From NCBI GenBank assembly GCA_965658655.1, contig CBFHTA010000001.1:264722-328721 (forward strand): a DNA stretch of 64,000 bases. The letters run 5' to 3'. Both the position numbers and the translations under genes were made by a program. Shown piece after piece: positions 18,336 to 27,989 of this stretch (positions are counted from its first letter, which is position 1; each line of letters begins with the position of its first letter). The notes under the pieces were generated by a model, which searched no databases, was not told where the DNA came from, and saw only the letters and a list, made by a program, of their open reading frames with translations. This stretch comes from Candidatus Babelota bacterium. Its GTDB lineage: Bacteria; Babelota; Babeliae; Babelales; CAIQNR01.

Positions 18336-21056
18336 ATGCGTAATTTTCGTTTACTGTCAAAAATAGTTTTATCTCTTTTTCTAGGTCTTTTCTTGGCTTT
18401 GGCATGGTTTCAATTTGATGAACGATTTATTGCGCTCGCAAATAGTGGTATGGAAAAAGTTTTTGAAAAACAGTTGAATTGTCAATTTAAAGGAAAGGTG
18501 GTTCGAGTAAATCCGTTTTTATTAACCATTCATTTTGAAGATGTACAAGTAGAACCTTTTGATATGAGTAATAACTGGTCTTGGAGTGTTGCTCAAATGA
18601 CCATGAAGCTTTCATTTCTTGAGTATCTTTACTACGGTGCTTTTGGGCTACACGTAAATCTTACAACATTGCATTCCTTCTCTGGGCTCAAAAAAAATGG
18701 TGTTCCTATGGTAAGCGATCATTTGCTAGATCTTTTTGCAGGAGCTAACTTTAGTGTGCCCATTTCATTTCAAACAGTTGCAATTGTTGATGGTTCGTTA
18801 CTTGTTGACGATGTTGATAGAAAAGTTTCATTCATATGTCATTGGAATAGTAATGCAGGGAAAGCGGGCAGAGATTTTAAGTCTAAGTTTTATCTTTCAG
18901 ATACCTCTTTAACGTTAGATAATAAAAAAATATTTGAGCAATTTAGTGGACAAATAACATTTGATGCTTTGCATGGCAATGCGTTTATTAGGATGGCAAC
19001 CGATGCTATGTTTATGTTGCCGCAGTTACCAGAAGATCAACGAGATTGTTACGTTCTTGGTTCTTGGGATAAGAATGCAGGAAGCTTTGTGGTTTACAAT
19101 CAAGATAGAACATTGTCCTTTGTTCCTATTGAATTGGTGATGGGTAAAAAGGGTCTGTTGGTGAATGCTGAAGGGGTGATTTTATTAGAATATTTAAAGC
19201 GATTTTTTTATCCGCATATATCACAAACACTTAAGGGCATGGGTTACTTAAAAGTTTCTGGAGATCTTAACGGATCGTTGCAGACAAAAGTGCGTATGCA
19301 AGATGTGGGTTATGGTAGTTATTTGTTAGATGAATTGTATGGTGATGTAATGCATGTTTCTTCTGAATGGCGTGGCTCAATTGGTGCCACTAAAAATAAT
19401 GCTGCAGTAACTGGTACATGGTGGTGGTCTGATAGTGTTAAACAGGGAGTAGTACAATTGGTTAATAGAAATACCTTACCTTTTTTAACAAGTACTTATT
19501 GGCAGACTTTGCCAGGAAGAACTGCGCTGCAGATTGTATTTAAAAACGATGGTAATGGTAAATTAGAGTATGTTACACAGCTTGCGCATAAAAAAACTGA
19601 GCATACTGTAAACAGTTCAGGTACGGTGACACATACGAATACCACCATTAAATGTAGCGGATCAGTGGGAGACAACACTTATACAGCAACGGTAAATACC
19701 AAGCCGATGTGGCTAAAGTCATTTATATATGCCAATGGTGCCAAGAAGAAATTGATCACTTTAACTACTAATAAACAAAATAAATTTTCTTTGTCTTTTG
19801 ATTATGATGCTGCCCAAATGTTTGCGCTTGATTGGTTAGATCTTGATCTATATGGGCAAGGAGTTTTTGATGTTTCAGGTTGTATGGAATTTCCTAAATT
19901 TGTGGGAACACTTTCCTTTAAGAATGGAACTATTCGTCCAGCAGGGATGTATAATTTTATCTCAGATATTACAGCTCGATTTATTGGTGATGTTAATAAA
20001 AAAGAATGTAGTATAAAAGATACACTTATTACACTTCATCAAGGGAAAATAGTAAGTGACAAAATTTCCTGCTTCTTTAACGATGATGGTTCAGTTTATG
20101 GATTGCATAGTCCATTTAGGTTTGAAAGTTGTTTTTTAAATTGGAGTAAATACTTATACGCTATTTGTACCGGGAGCTTTGTGCTTCAAGTTGGATCGGG
20201 GGTAGAGAATGCTCTTGATGGATTCCTTGTGTTTGAACGTTCACAATTTAAAGAAAATATCTTTGCTCTTCAGACACAAAAAAGTGCAATTAACGCTTTA
20301 CCAAGACAACATGCTTTAAGTTCTTTATCTTTAAACCTTGGAGTATCTACGCAGGCTCCTTTACTTGTGTCTACACCTCATTTACAAACACAGGCAATTT
20401 TAGATTGGTTTTTAACTGGAAAATTAGGTGCTCCAGAGTTGCAAGGATCATTGCAATTAAAAGGTGGAAAACTGGTATTTCCTGGACAAACATTGGCTAT
20501 TTCTCAAGGTAAGCTTACGTTTGCTCCTACGCATTCTGAAGATCCTCTTCTTGATTTAACAGCACAAGCGCGTATTAAAAAATATTTGGTAACCATGAAT
20601 ATTGGTGGAACCATTAAAGAACCGGAAGTTCTTTTACAAGCAACACCAGGGCTTTCTGAAGAGCAAATTATTATGTTACTACTGACGGGAAGTGAGCAAG
20701 AATCTTTTAATATTATGGTTCCATCGCTGGTTATGCGTAACCTAGAAACTATTCTTTTTGGTCCATCAAAAGCGTTGGGCCATGCTTCGAACACGCTTTC
20801 CTCTTGGTTAAAGCCTTTAGAAAAAGTAACGTTTGTACCTCGATTTAATGATCAAACAGGAACGGGAGGCTTTAAGGGAGTGCTTGAGGTAGAAGTAAGT
20901 AAGCGATTGCGCGCAGTTCTGGAGAAAGACTTTAGTTTGGCAGAAGATACTGCGGCAGAAATAGAGTATCTTGCTTCCGATGATGTAAGTTTTAAAGTTA
21001 ATAGAGATGAGCGTGGCGATATTGGCGCTGAGGTAGAGATGCGATTTAAATTTTAA
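18336..21056 (+). CDS. tamB: Translocation/assembly module TamB-like protein
   Basis: N-terminal membrane anchor, long beta-rich body, C-terminal DP.LD..A....Y.V...I.GT...P...L...P.LSEEQI..LL.TG and GAEVEMRFKF. Confidence 0.8.
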   Translation: MRNFRLLSKIVLSLFLGLFLALAWFQFDERFIALANSGMEKVFEKQLNCQFKGKVVRVNPFLLTIHFEDVQVEPFDMSNNWSWSVAQMTMKLSFLEYLYYGAFGLHVNLTTLHSFSGLKKNGVPMVSDHLLDLFAGANFSVPISFQTVAIVDGSLLVDDVDRKVSFICHWNSNAGKAGRDFKSKFYLSDTSLTLDNKKIFEQFSGQITFDALHGNAFIRMATDAMFMLPQLPEDQRDCYVLGSWDKNAGSFVVYNQDRTLSFVPIELVMGKKGLLVNAEGVILLEYLKRFFYPHISQTLKGMGYLKVSGDLNGSLQTKVRMQDVGYGSYLLDELYGDVMHVSSEWRGSIGATKNNAAVTGTWWWSDSVKQGVVQLVNRNTLPFLTSTYWQTLPGRTALQIVFKNDGNGKLEYVTQLAHKKTEHTVNSSGTVTHTNTTIKCSGSVGDNTYTATVNTKPMWLKSFIYANGAKKKLITLTTNKQNKFSLSFDYDAAQMFALDWLDLDLYGQGVFDVSGCMEFPKFVGTLSFKNGTIRPAGMYNFISDITARFIGDVNKKECSIKDTLITLHQGKIVSDKISCFFNDDGSVYGLHSPFRFESCFLNWSKYLYAICTGSFVLQVGSGVENALDGFLVFERSQFKENIFALQTQKSAINALPRQHALSSLSLNLGVSTQAPLLVSTPHLQTQAILDWFLTGKLGAPELQGSLQLKGGKLVFPGQTLAISQGKLTFAPTHSEDPLLDLTAQARIKKYLVTMNIGGTIKEPEVLLQATPGLSEEQIIMLLLTGSEQESFNIMVPSLVMRNLETILFGPSKALGHASNTLSSWLKPLEKVTFVPRFNDQTGTGGFKGVLEVEVSKRLRAVLEKDFSLAEDTAAEIEYLASDDVSFKVNRDERGDIGAEVEMRFKF

Positions 21057-21103
21057 AAAATTATTGCCTTTCTTATTTCTAGTTATGTACAGTTTTCAAG
21101 ACT

Positions 21104-21877
21104 TTGATTAAACCGAGGGGAAGGGGGAACGCGATGAGAATAGGGATGTGTGGTGTGAGCAAGAAAAAAATGCTCGCACCATTTCTATTTATAACGATTC
21201 TCTTCGCTAAGCAAGATGTTTTTGACCCTCAAGATTGTGTGCAATTTACCAAACGAACGCTAAAAAACAATGGTACTATCGACCGTGTGTTTTTCCCTTT
21301 AGACGATGCGTATATTGTTCAAAAATTACTCATTGGTCTTATAGAAATGGAACAAAATAAGATCTGCGCACTTATGTTTCGGCTCACTAATCAACCCATT
21401 ACCGAGGCTTTAATTCGTGCAAAAAAACGTGGGGTAGAAATAAAACTTGTGGTAGATTCAGGAGCTTTGGCGCTTGCGCATTATAGTCGTGTACACATGT
21501 TAACCATGGTTAACGTTCCTCTTAATGTGTATCAACCAATGTCAGTTAGTGGTACAGGGCGTGGGTACCAATCGTTGATGCACCAAAAAACACTGATTTT
21601 TTCTAATACGTTTGGTCGTCAAGTTGTAGCAACTGGGTCTTTGAATTATACCTATGCAGCATTTAACGGTAATGAAGAGATGGTTTCTATTAGGAACGAT
21701 AGTCAGATTTTCAATGCTCACAGTAAAAACTTTTCTCGAGTGTTTGAGCGCTCTCATTGTTATGAAACTCAGCAGCATCGACTACCATCTACGTCTGTTC
21801 GCCCTTACGCAAAACTTCCATATGACCTTCGCGTTTCTTTAAAATTAAATAGATTATTGCGGGGAATAAAAAAATAG
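21104..21877 (+). CDS. Phospholipase D superfamily protein (single HKD, Nuc/Zucchini-like), likely exported
   Basis: I.EAL..A..RGV.I..V.D, MHQKTLIFS, TGSLNYT, NEE; true start probably near 21153-21170. Confidence 0.85.
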   Translation: MIKPRGRGNAMRIGMCGVSKKKMLAPFLFITILFAKQDVFDPQDCVQFTKRTLKNNGTIDRVFFPLDDAYIVQKLLIGLIEMEQNKICALMFRLTNQPITEALIRAKKRGVEIKLVVDSGALALAHYSRVHMLTMVNVPLNVYQPMSVSGTGRGYQSLMHQKTLIFSNTFGRQVVATGSLNYTYAAFNGNEEMVSIRNDSQIFNAHSKNFSRVFERSHCYETQQHRLPSTSVRPYAKLPYDLRVSLKLNRLLRGIKK

Positions 21878-21960
21878 GCTAAGAGATCAATCGCTTCATT
21901 ACCACGACTCTTTCTTAGCCGACGTTGAATCTATTTCATTTCTTAAAAAATTGCAACTCT

Positions 21961-22911
21961 TTAAATTTGAGAAGTCTTTTTTAAATGTGAAAGAAGGTTT
22001 TTAAAATCGCCTGGTAATGGTGCTGTAAAGTGATACGCTTTGTTTTTAAAATTAAAAGAAATTTCTGAAGCATGGAGTGCGTGTCGCTTAATAACATGGA
22101 AATTTTTCCCATACATTTTATCACTTACTAATGGATGTCCGAGCGTTGTAAAGTGTACCCTAATTTGGTGTGTTCTTCCGGTTTCTGGGTATGCTTCAAC
22201 TACAGTGTGGTCATCAAAATAAGTTTGCACTTTATAACGTGTACGAGACACTCTGCCGTCTAATCGATGTGTCATCTTATTGCGAATGGTGTTGTGTCTG
22301 CCAATTGGAAAATCTATAGTACCTTCTTTTTCGGGATGGCCACAAACTACAGCAAGGTAGGTTTTTTGAATTGTTTTATCTTTGAACATAGCAGAAAATT
22401 GTTCGTGAGCTTCCTTGGTGAGAGGAACAATCATAAGACCCGAAGTTTCTTTGTCGAGTCGATGTACAATGCCAGGTCGATCTTTATAACCAACTTCTTT
22501 AATGTCTTTAAAGTGAGAAACAATCCAATCAATAATAGATACTTCATTGCTGTCTGCATGTGGTGGATGTGTAATGAGCCCAGCCGGTTTGTTGATGATA
22601 GCAAAATCTTTGTTTTGATGAATGAGTCCTACTCCAAGTTCATCTACTTCCTCTTTGCTTAATATATTTTTGGGTTTAGGGAGCGGTACACAAATGATTA
22701 CCGTGTCGCTTTCTTTAATAATAGCGCCAGCTTTGGTAGCGACCTTATCATTGATGGTTACGGCGTTTTCATCGATAAGTTTTTTAAACAGACTTCTGGA
22801 ATACCCAGGGAACTGTTCAGCCAGAAACAGATCAAGTCGGGTTTCGTGATGGTCTGTAGAGATCGTGAAATTATAAGATTCTCCGGGGCAAAGAAGTTGC
22901 CGTTCCTCCAT
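21961..22911 (-). CDS. rluD: RluA/RluD family pseudouridine synthase with S4 domain
   Basis: RLD.FL...SRS S4 domain, NKPAGL, HRLDKETSG, TGRTHQIRVH; start MEERQ at 22911. Confidence 0.9.
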   Translation of the reverse strand: MEERQLLCPGESYNFTISTDHHETRLDLFLAEQFPGYSRSLFKKLIDENAVTINDKVATKAGAIIKESDTVIICVPLPKPKNILSKEEVDELGVGLIHQNKDFAIINKPAGLITHPPHADSNEVSIIDWIVSHFKDIKEVGYKDRPGIVHRLDKETSGLMIVPLTKEAHEQFSAMFKDKTIQKTYLAVVCGHPEKEGTIDFPIGRHNTIRNKMTHRLDGRVSRTRYKVQTYFDDHTVVEAYPETGRTHQIRVHFTTLGHPLVSDKMYGKNFHVIKRHALHASEISFNFKNKAYHFTAPLPGDFKNLLSHLKKTSQI

Positions 22912-23095
22912 TGAATATCCTTTATAGCTGGATTGATTGATTTGTGTCTTACATGGATGATGATAGAAAAGCTTGTAGGCAAAGTCAAATAGACAATGGA
23001 GGGGGTTTCCTATAAAATCTAAGAAAAAGGAGCTCCTGAACATACTCTTGATTTTGCTGACAGGAGGTTAACTCTCTAACATATAGGGTAGGCTC

Positions 23096-24469
23096 ATGGT
23101 CCCAGAAAAACTATTTGCTGAAATAAGAAAAAATATAAAAGTGGTTATAAGTAAACGATCCGCTTTAGGTAAATCGCTTTGGCAAGAACTACTTAAGGCC
23201 CATCCAGCTGATATTGCTGCTTTCTTGGCGACTTTAAGCGTTGAGGACTTTAAGAAACTTTATGTAAATTTGCCCAATGATATTGGATGTGCAGTTTTCC
23301 GGGAATTTTCTGAACCACTTCAGGCTTTGTCTTTAGGGTCTCTAAGTGATGGAATGCGGATTGACGCTCTTGGTTGTTTGACCACCGATGAGCTTACAGA
23401 CTTGTTCGAAAATCTTTCTGACGCAGACTTGAAGCATTATTTAAACCTGTTGCATAAAAAGGATCGAGAAAAGGTTTTGGATCTTTTAAAATTTAATCCT
23501 GAATCTGCTGGCGGGGTGATGGACACAGATGCTCTTGCCTTAAACGATGATTTAACCGTTCACAAAAGTATTCAACTGTTGCAGCGGTTAGAAGTTGATC
23601 AAGAAATTCATCGGCAGATTTTTGTAATTAATCCAGAAAAGCGTTTAGTAGGACATATTTTTTTAGAAGATTTGGTTATTCAAAAGCCTCAAAAATTACT
23701 GAGCTCAATCTTAAGAAACAATATTTATATAGCTCAAGCTGATGACGATCAAGAGACTGTAGCCAACAAGATGGTTCACTACAATTTGTCTATTGTTCCG
23801 GTTGTGGGCAAAGATAATTTCTTTTTGGGAGTTATTACAAGTCAGACATTAGTAGATATTATTGGAGAAGAATCAGCAGAAAATGTGTATCGCATGTCTG
23901 CCATGACTCCGGTGAAGGGCACTTACTTTGACGTCTCGTTCTTTAGATTACTCTATGAGCGTAGCTATATTTTGATTATTTTGCTGCTCGCCCAATCGGT
24001 TTCTAGCTTTATTATTGATAGCTATGAAGTATTGTTGACTGGTCTCTTAATGCAATTTTTGACCATGTTGACTAGTACTGGGGGTAATGCAAGTAGCCAG
24101 ACCTCAGCTATTATTATTCAGGGTATGGCCTCTGGAGAGATTAATAAGAATAATTTAAGGCGCTTTTTTAAGCGAGAAATTGTTATTGCTAGCGCCATAG
24201 CCTTAATTTTGGGCGGAACTGCTTTTACTCGAGTTTATATTACCAGTGCAAATTTGGTGGCAAGTGTGGCAGTTGGTTTGTCTATTTTTGTAATTGTTAT
24301 GGTTTCTATTGTGATGGGAAGTGTGATCCCAGTTTTCTTGAGAAGATTGCGCATTGACCCCGCCTACTCGGCCGGTCCGGTGCTTGCAACCCTCATGGAT
24401 ATTGTGGGATTAATGATCTATTGTTCAATTAGTCAGGCTATTTTCACATATTTTAAGAACTTTTCTTGA
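23096..24469 (+). CDS. mgtE: Magnesium transporter MgtE
   Basis: HPADIA, SAGGVM, CBS pair, GGNASSQ, IDPA..AGP..AT..DI.G. Confidence 0.95.
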   Translation: MVPEKLFAEIRKNIKVVISKRSALGKSLWQELLKAHPADIAAFLATLSVEDFKKLYVNLPNDIGCAVFREFSEPLQALSLGSLSDGMRIDALGCLTTDELTDLFENLSDADLKHYLNLLHKKDREKVLDLLKFNPESAGGVMDTDALALNDDLTVHKSIQLLQRLEVDQEIHRQIFVINPEKRLVGHIFLEDLVIQKPQKLLSSILRNNIYIAQADDDQETVANKMVHYNLSIVPVVGKDNFFLGVITSQTLVDIIGEESAENVYRMSAMTPVKGTYFDVSFFRLLYERSYILIILLLAQSVSSFIIDSYEVLLTGLLMQFLTMLTSTGGNASSQTSAIIIQGMASGEINKNNLRRFFKREIVIASAIALILGGTAFTRVYITSANLVASVAVGLSIFVIVMVSIVMGSVIPVFLRRLRIDPAYSAGPVLATLMDIVGLMIYCSISQAIFTYFKNFS

Positions 24470-24494
24470 CAAAAAGGGCAGTCATTTATACCTT
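24466..24494 (+). promoter_or_regulatory. Probable promoter of the tRNA pair
   Basis: TTGACA-N17-TACCTT about 35 bp upstream of tRNA-Lys. Confidence 0.5.
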
Positions 24495-24529
24495 ATAGAT
24501 AACCTTTCAGTAGGTTTTGAAATTTTAGT

Positions 24530-24605
24530 GGGCCGCTAGCTCAGTTGGTAGAGCAACAGCCTTTTAAGCTGTGGGTCGCTGGTTCGAGCCCAGCGCGGCT
24601 CACCA
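24530..24605 (+). tRNA. tRNA-Lys(TTT)
   Basis: GGGCCGC acceptor, TAGCTCAGTTGGTAGAGC D-arm, ACAGC-CTTTTAA-GCTGT anticodon arm, GTTCGAG, encoded CCA. Confidence 0.97.
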
Positions 24606-24735
24606 ATCTCTCTCAAATGGGAGATTGTGTGAACCATCTTTTCTTTCTTCAAAGATGGTATTTTCATGGTTCCGAGTCATTCTGAATAATTTTTTTAAAG
24701 ATTATATATAAGAATTGATCAAGGAAATTTTATAG

Positions 24736-24811
24736 GTCCCCATCGTCTAGAGGCCTAGGACACCGCCCTTTCACGGCGGGAACAGGAGTTCGAATCTCCT
24801 TGGGGACGCCA
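24736..24811 (+). tRNA. tRNA-Glu(TTC)
   Basis: GTCCCCA/TGGGGAC acceptor, CCGCC-CTTTCAC-GGCGG anticodon arm, GTTCGAAT, encoded CCA. Confidence 0.97.
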
Positions 24812-25049
24812 ACTTATTCCTGGCTGATTACCTTCTAAAGACTTTCTTCTTGTTTTTATCAATTTCTTTATTTCATGCTGTTATTACTTTTATGACTTTC
24901 AGTATTATGATGATAAAACAAATGATTTAACATGGTTTGAATGTAGACCCTGTGTGTCTCTGTCCTATTATCTTCGGCTTAAGAATAATGCTTAACAAAT
25001 AAAGATTTTAGCTATTTTTAGCGAGTAAAAAATGCGTTTAACCTTGGAT

Positions 25050-25556
25050 TTAAATTTTTCGTGAATCGTAAGCCCAGTGTAGAATGGCCTGTCGCTGGCG
25101 AGGGCGGCATTCAAGGCATTTGGGTGGACAATTTTTTTTGACGGCACCAATGTGACGAGCAATTGCCTTCCAGCGTTTAATTTGCTTTTTATCTTCTTCT
25201 TCTATTCTTCTTCCCATCCAGTAGCGGCAATACCATTGGAACCAACCACGTGGGTCTTCTTTAAAAATCCATCCTTTACGTTTCCATTCTTTGAGTGATT
25301 GTGAGGCTTTTACTTTAAAGTAGTTAAGGTTTTTATCTGCGGTATCTTCTGCAAATTTTGCGTGAGTGAACCAATCTTTAGGGAATTCTTTTGTACAATC
25401 GCGCATGTAGACACCACCAAAAACTCCGAGTTTAAGCATTTGTTTAGGAGTAAGTTCTGGTTTAAATTCTGGGTCAAAATTTTTTCCTGGTAATTCGGTT
25501 CGATAGTAAACATAATTTTTTTGCATTTTATCGTTTACTGTTACTTTCTTCTTCAC
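25050..25556 (-). CDS. Conserved hypothetical protein (LTP..ML.LGVFGG.Y / DPRGWFQWYCRY..GRR family)
   Basis: Recognisable conserved motifs including RQ.ILHWAYD; function unknown. Confidence 0.85.
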   Translation of the reverse strand: MKKKVTVNDKMQKNYVYYRTELPGKNFDPEFKPELTPKQMLKLGVFGGVYMRDCTKEFPKDWFTHAKFAEDTADKNLNYFKVKASQSLKEWKRKGWIFKEDPRGWFQWYCRYWMGRRIEEEDKKQIKRWKAIARHIGAVKKNCPPKCLECRPRQRQAILHWAYDSRKI

Positions 25557-25563
25557 TTTTTTC

Positions 25564-26034
25564 CTAATTTAATTGGTACAATCTAAAATTTAAAAAGAGT
25601 GCAAAACAGGACCATGTAAAATAAGGTATCATTAAATAAAAACTTATCATCTGGTTAAGGTAATATTCTTTCATTAAAAGGCTTATTGCTACAATCATCG
25701 CAGGAATAATCAAAAGTCCTCCTAAAATGCTATGCATACCAAAAAAGACTGGTGTCCAAGCTGCATTAAGAAGTAATTGTATAAAGTAGAGTTTGAGAAT
25801 GTTTTTTTTGTTCTTTGGCTTGTTGGTATATGCCATCCATACTGCCACTGCCATTAAAACATAAAGAACCGGCCAGACAGTGCCGAAAATCCAACCAGGA
25901 GGCGTCAAGTCTGATTTGTGGAGTGTTGAGTACCAAGGCTCTTTACTTGCTTGTGTTACAAGTCTCCCAATAAAAGAGGCAGACAATGTGATGGTTAGGA
26001 AAAAGAACAAGGATTGAGCCTTCTTTATAAACAT
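25564..26034 (-). CDS. tspO: TspO/MBR tryptophan-rich sensory protein
   Basis: WY..L.K...TPPGWIFG.VW..LY, QL.LN..WTPVFFG, L.IPY..W..FA..LN. Confidence 0.95.
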   Translation of the reverse strand: MFIKKAQSLFFFLTITLSASFIGRLVTQASKEPWYSTLHKSDLTPPGWIFGTVWPVLYVLMAVAVWMAYTNKPKNKKNILKLYFIQLLLNAAWTPVFFGMHSILGGLLIIPAMIVAISLLMKEYYLNQMISFYLMIPYFTWSCFALFLNFRLYQLN

Positions 26035-26292
26035 AAAGTCCTCTTTTTATTTTTATAACAGAAAATTAGAGTCTATAGAGTTAAGAATAGAATAAAAAAG
26101 TTATGAATATCGATAGTTTTTGTAATCAAGATTGTAGTCTACAGTTGGTTTAGCGTATTTGGCAGGTTTTAAAAGACCGGTAGGAGTATTAATAGGAGTT
26201 CTTTCTTTTGTATGTCTCTTGTTAATCTTGTATCTCCTTCTTCTGATATGTTAATATTTTTTATTTAGATTGTTTTTATAAAGGAGTAGGTT

Positions 26293-27354
26293 TTGAAGAA
26301 AAAATTAATTTCGTTTTTAGTGTTCGGTGCCTTTCTTTCTCTTAAGGCGGAATTTGTTGCATTTAAAAAATTTATAAATACAGAAACTGGTAAAACTGTT
26401 TATATGTTATATGACATTCACGTTTCTTTAGAAGTGAGTCCTATCTCTCGTGAGGTGTTTATGAGCCATAAGGGTCAGATTCAAGAACAGATGAGAGTAT
26501 TATCTTTGCAGATAATAAAAAATTACCGAAATAAAAAACTTACGGAATCTCAAAAAGAAGAATTAAATGAACCACTGGAGCAAGAAAAACAAATGCTGGC
26601 TAAGAAATATGCCGAACTTTTTAGAAGAAAACATCTTCCCAGTTTATATAAGCAACAAAGGGAATTACTTGCGTTAGTTAAGCGGTGTGGTTTGTCTTTA
26701 GTAAATGAAGATTGGAGAGATCAAACATTAGATGTAGATTATGATGCAAATGCAGGAAAAGATCTGCAATTTTTACTTGGAAACAAGATTTATCGAGAGT
26801 CTATGAGGTCTTCTGTAACTCCTATGCAAGGAATAGGTGAAAAATTAGTTGGTAACTACACAGAGAACAAGCTCGTGTTAGTTCCAGGGTCAGAAGACGC
26901 TTATTACTATAATGTAGAGACGCGATTAGGAAGTAGTGTAGATCCTTCAGATGGAGCAGGAGCAGTTGATAAGCAGATTATGAAAGGCGTTAAAAAAATA
27001 CTTGAAGATAAGGATAAAAAAGCAGTTATTGTTTCTGTAGGGGCTTCTCATGGGGGACGTATTTCAGAAATATTAACTAAAGAAAAAGGGTATATAGGTC
27101 ATGATTTGAAAATTAACTCAGGGTTAATTGGTTGGTTTTCTCCAGCGAAACTAAAGGGTATTGTTAAATCTTTAAAAGAGAATAAAGAGCCAGATCTAAC
27201 AAACATAGAAACTTCTATTCAACGCAGATTCGCTTCTTATCCTATTGACTTGTTTCGCATCTTTTCAGAAGAACTACCTACATGTAAGTTGTCTACCGAC
27301 TCTCTTGGAACATTTGAGCATGAAATAAGTAGTTTTATAAAAAGTTTTTTTTAA
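26293..27354 (+). CDS. Secreted hypothetical protein, possibly TraB/GumN/EreA-like fold
   Basis: AAGGAG RBS with TTG start, signal peptide, VYMLYDIH ... VSVGASH motifs. Confidence 0.7.
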   Translation: MKKKLISFLVFGAFLSLKAEFVAFKKFINTETGKTVYMLYDIHVSLEVSPISREVFMSHKGQIQEQMRVLSLQIIKNYRNKKLTESQKEELNEPLEQEKQMLAKKYAELFRRKHLPSLYKQQRELLALVKRCGLSLVNEDWRDQTLDVDYDANAGKDLQFLLGNKIYRESMRSSVTPMQGIGEKLVGNYTENKLVLVPGSEDAYYYNVETRLGSSVDPSDGAGAVDKQIMKGVKKILEDKDKKAVIVSVGASHGGRISEILTKEKGYIGHDLKINSGLIGWFSPAKLKGIVKSLKENKEPDLTNIETSIQRRFASYPIDLFRIFSEELPTCKLSTDSLGTFEHEISSFIKSFF

Positions 27355-27439
27355 AGTGTGCTAAGGGAAAGAAATAAGCCCACCTATAATGCCAATAATA
27401 GATTTTTTATAGATGCATTCCTCTCCCTATCCTTAGGGA

Positions 27440-27754
27440 TTAACCTTCGAGTACTGGTGTTAAAGGGAAGCTCTGTGGAATCAAAATATCACGAATAATA
27501 GTGGCTTGTTGTTGTGTAACATGTGTTATATCCGTTTTAGTTGCTATATAGAAACCGTTTGGTTGTTGATGAGCATTTGTATATAAGGTGGCAAGTGTTT
27601 TTTGGTCTAATTTTCTAAGAACATTTACTATCTCTTTAAATTTTTGTCTTTGTTCTGGGATACGTCTTTCTTGTATTCTTATGCGTTGCACTCGAAGAGC
27701 TTGAAGGGAGGGGGTTACGCTGCTTGCCAGCAAAACAAATATCAATTTTTTCAT
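27440..27754 (-). CDS. Small secreted hypothetical protein
   Basis: MKKLIFVLLASSVTPSLQA signal peptide. Confidence 0.65.
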   Translation of the reverse strand: MKKLIFVLLASSVTPSLQALRVQRIRIQERRIPEQRQKFKEIVNVLRKLDQKTLATLYTNAHQQPNGFYIATKTDITHVTQQQATIIRDILIPQSFPLTPVLEG

Positions 27755-27989
27755 AACTTTTACTTTCATTGCATTATTATTAAAGAGTGAAATGAGCTTT
27801 TTTAAAATATAAAATTGGTGCGAAACGATACTATGCCAAATAGAGTACCAGGTTATTCTTTTTTTTAAAGATGATAACTTAGGGAAAGTAAGCATAGACA
27901 GTAGAATTTAAGCCTGGGTGTTTCAAAAGGGTCTCAGGGTCTTGATTGTGTGTTTGTCTCTTTGCTATTATTTCCTATAGGAGGTTGTT

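Noticed and set aside
21877..21921. GGCTAAGA...TCTTAGCC inverted repeat after the PLD gene
   Set aside because: Short arms and a large loop between convergent genes; at most a weak terminator.
24828..24995. Start-less open frame after tRNA-Glu (LPSKDFLLVF...WFECRPC...)
   Set aside because: No start codon or RBS; cannot be told apart from chance.
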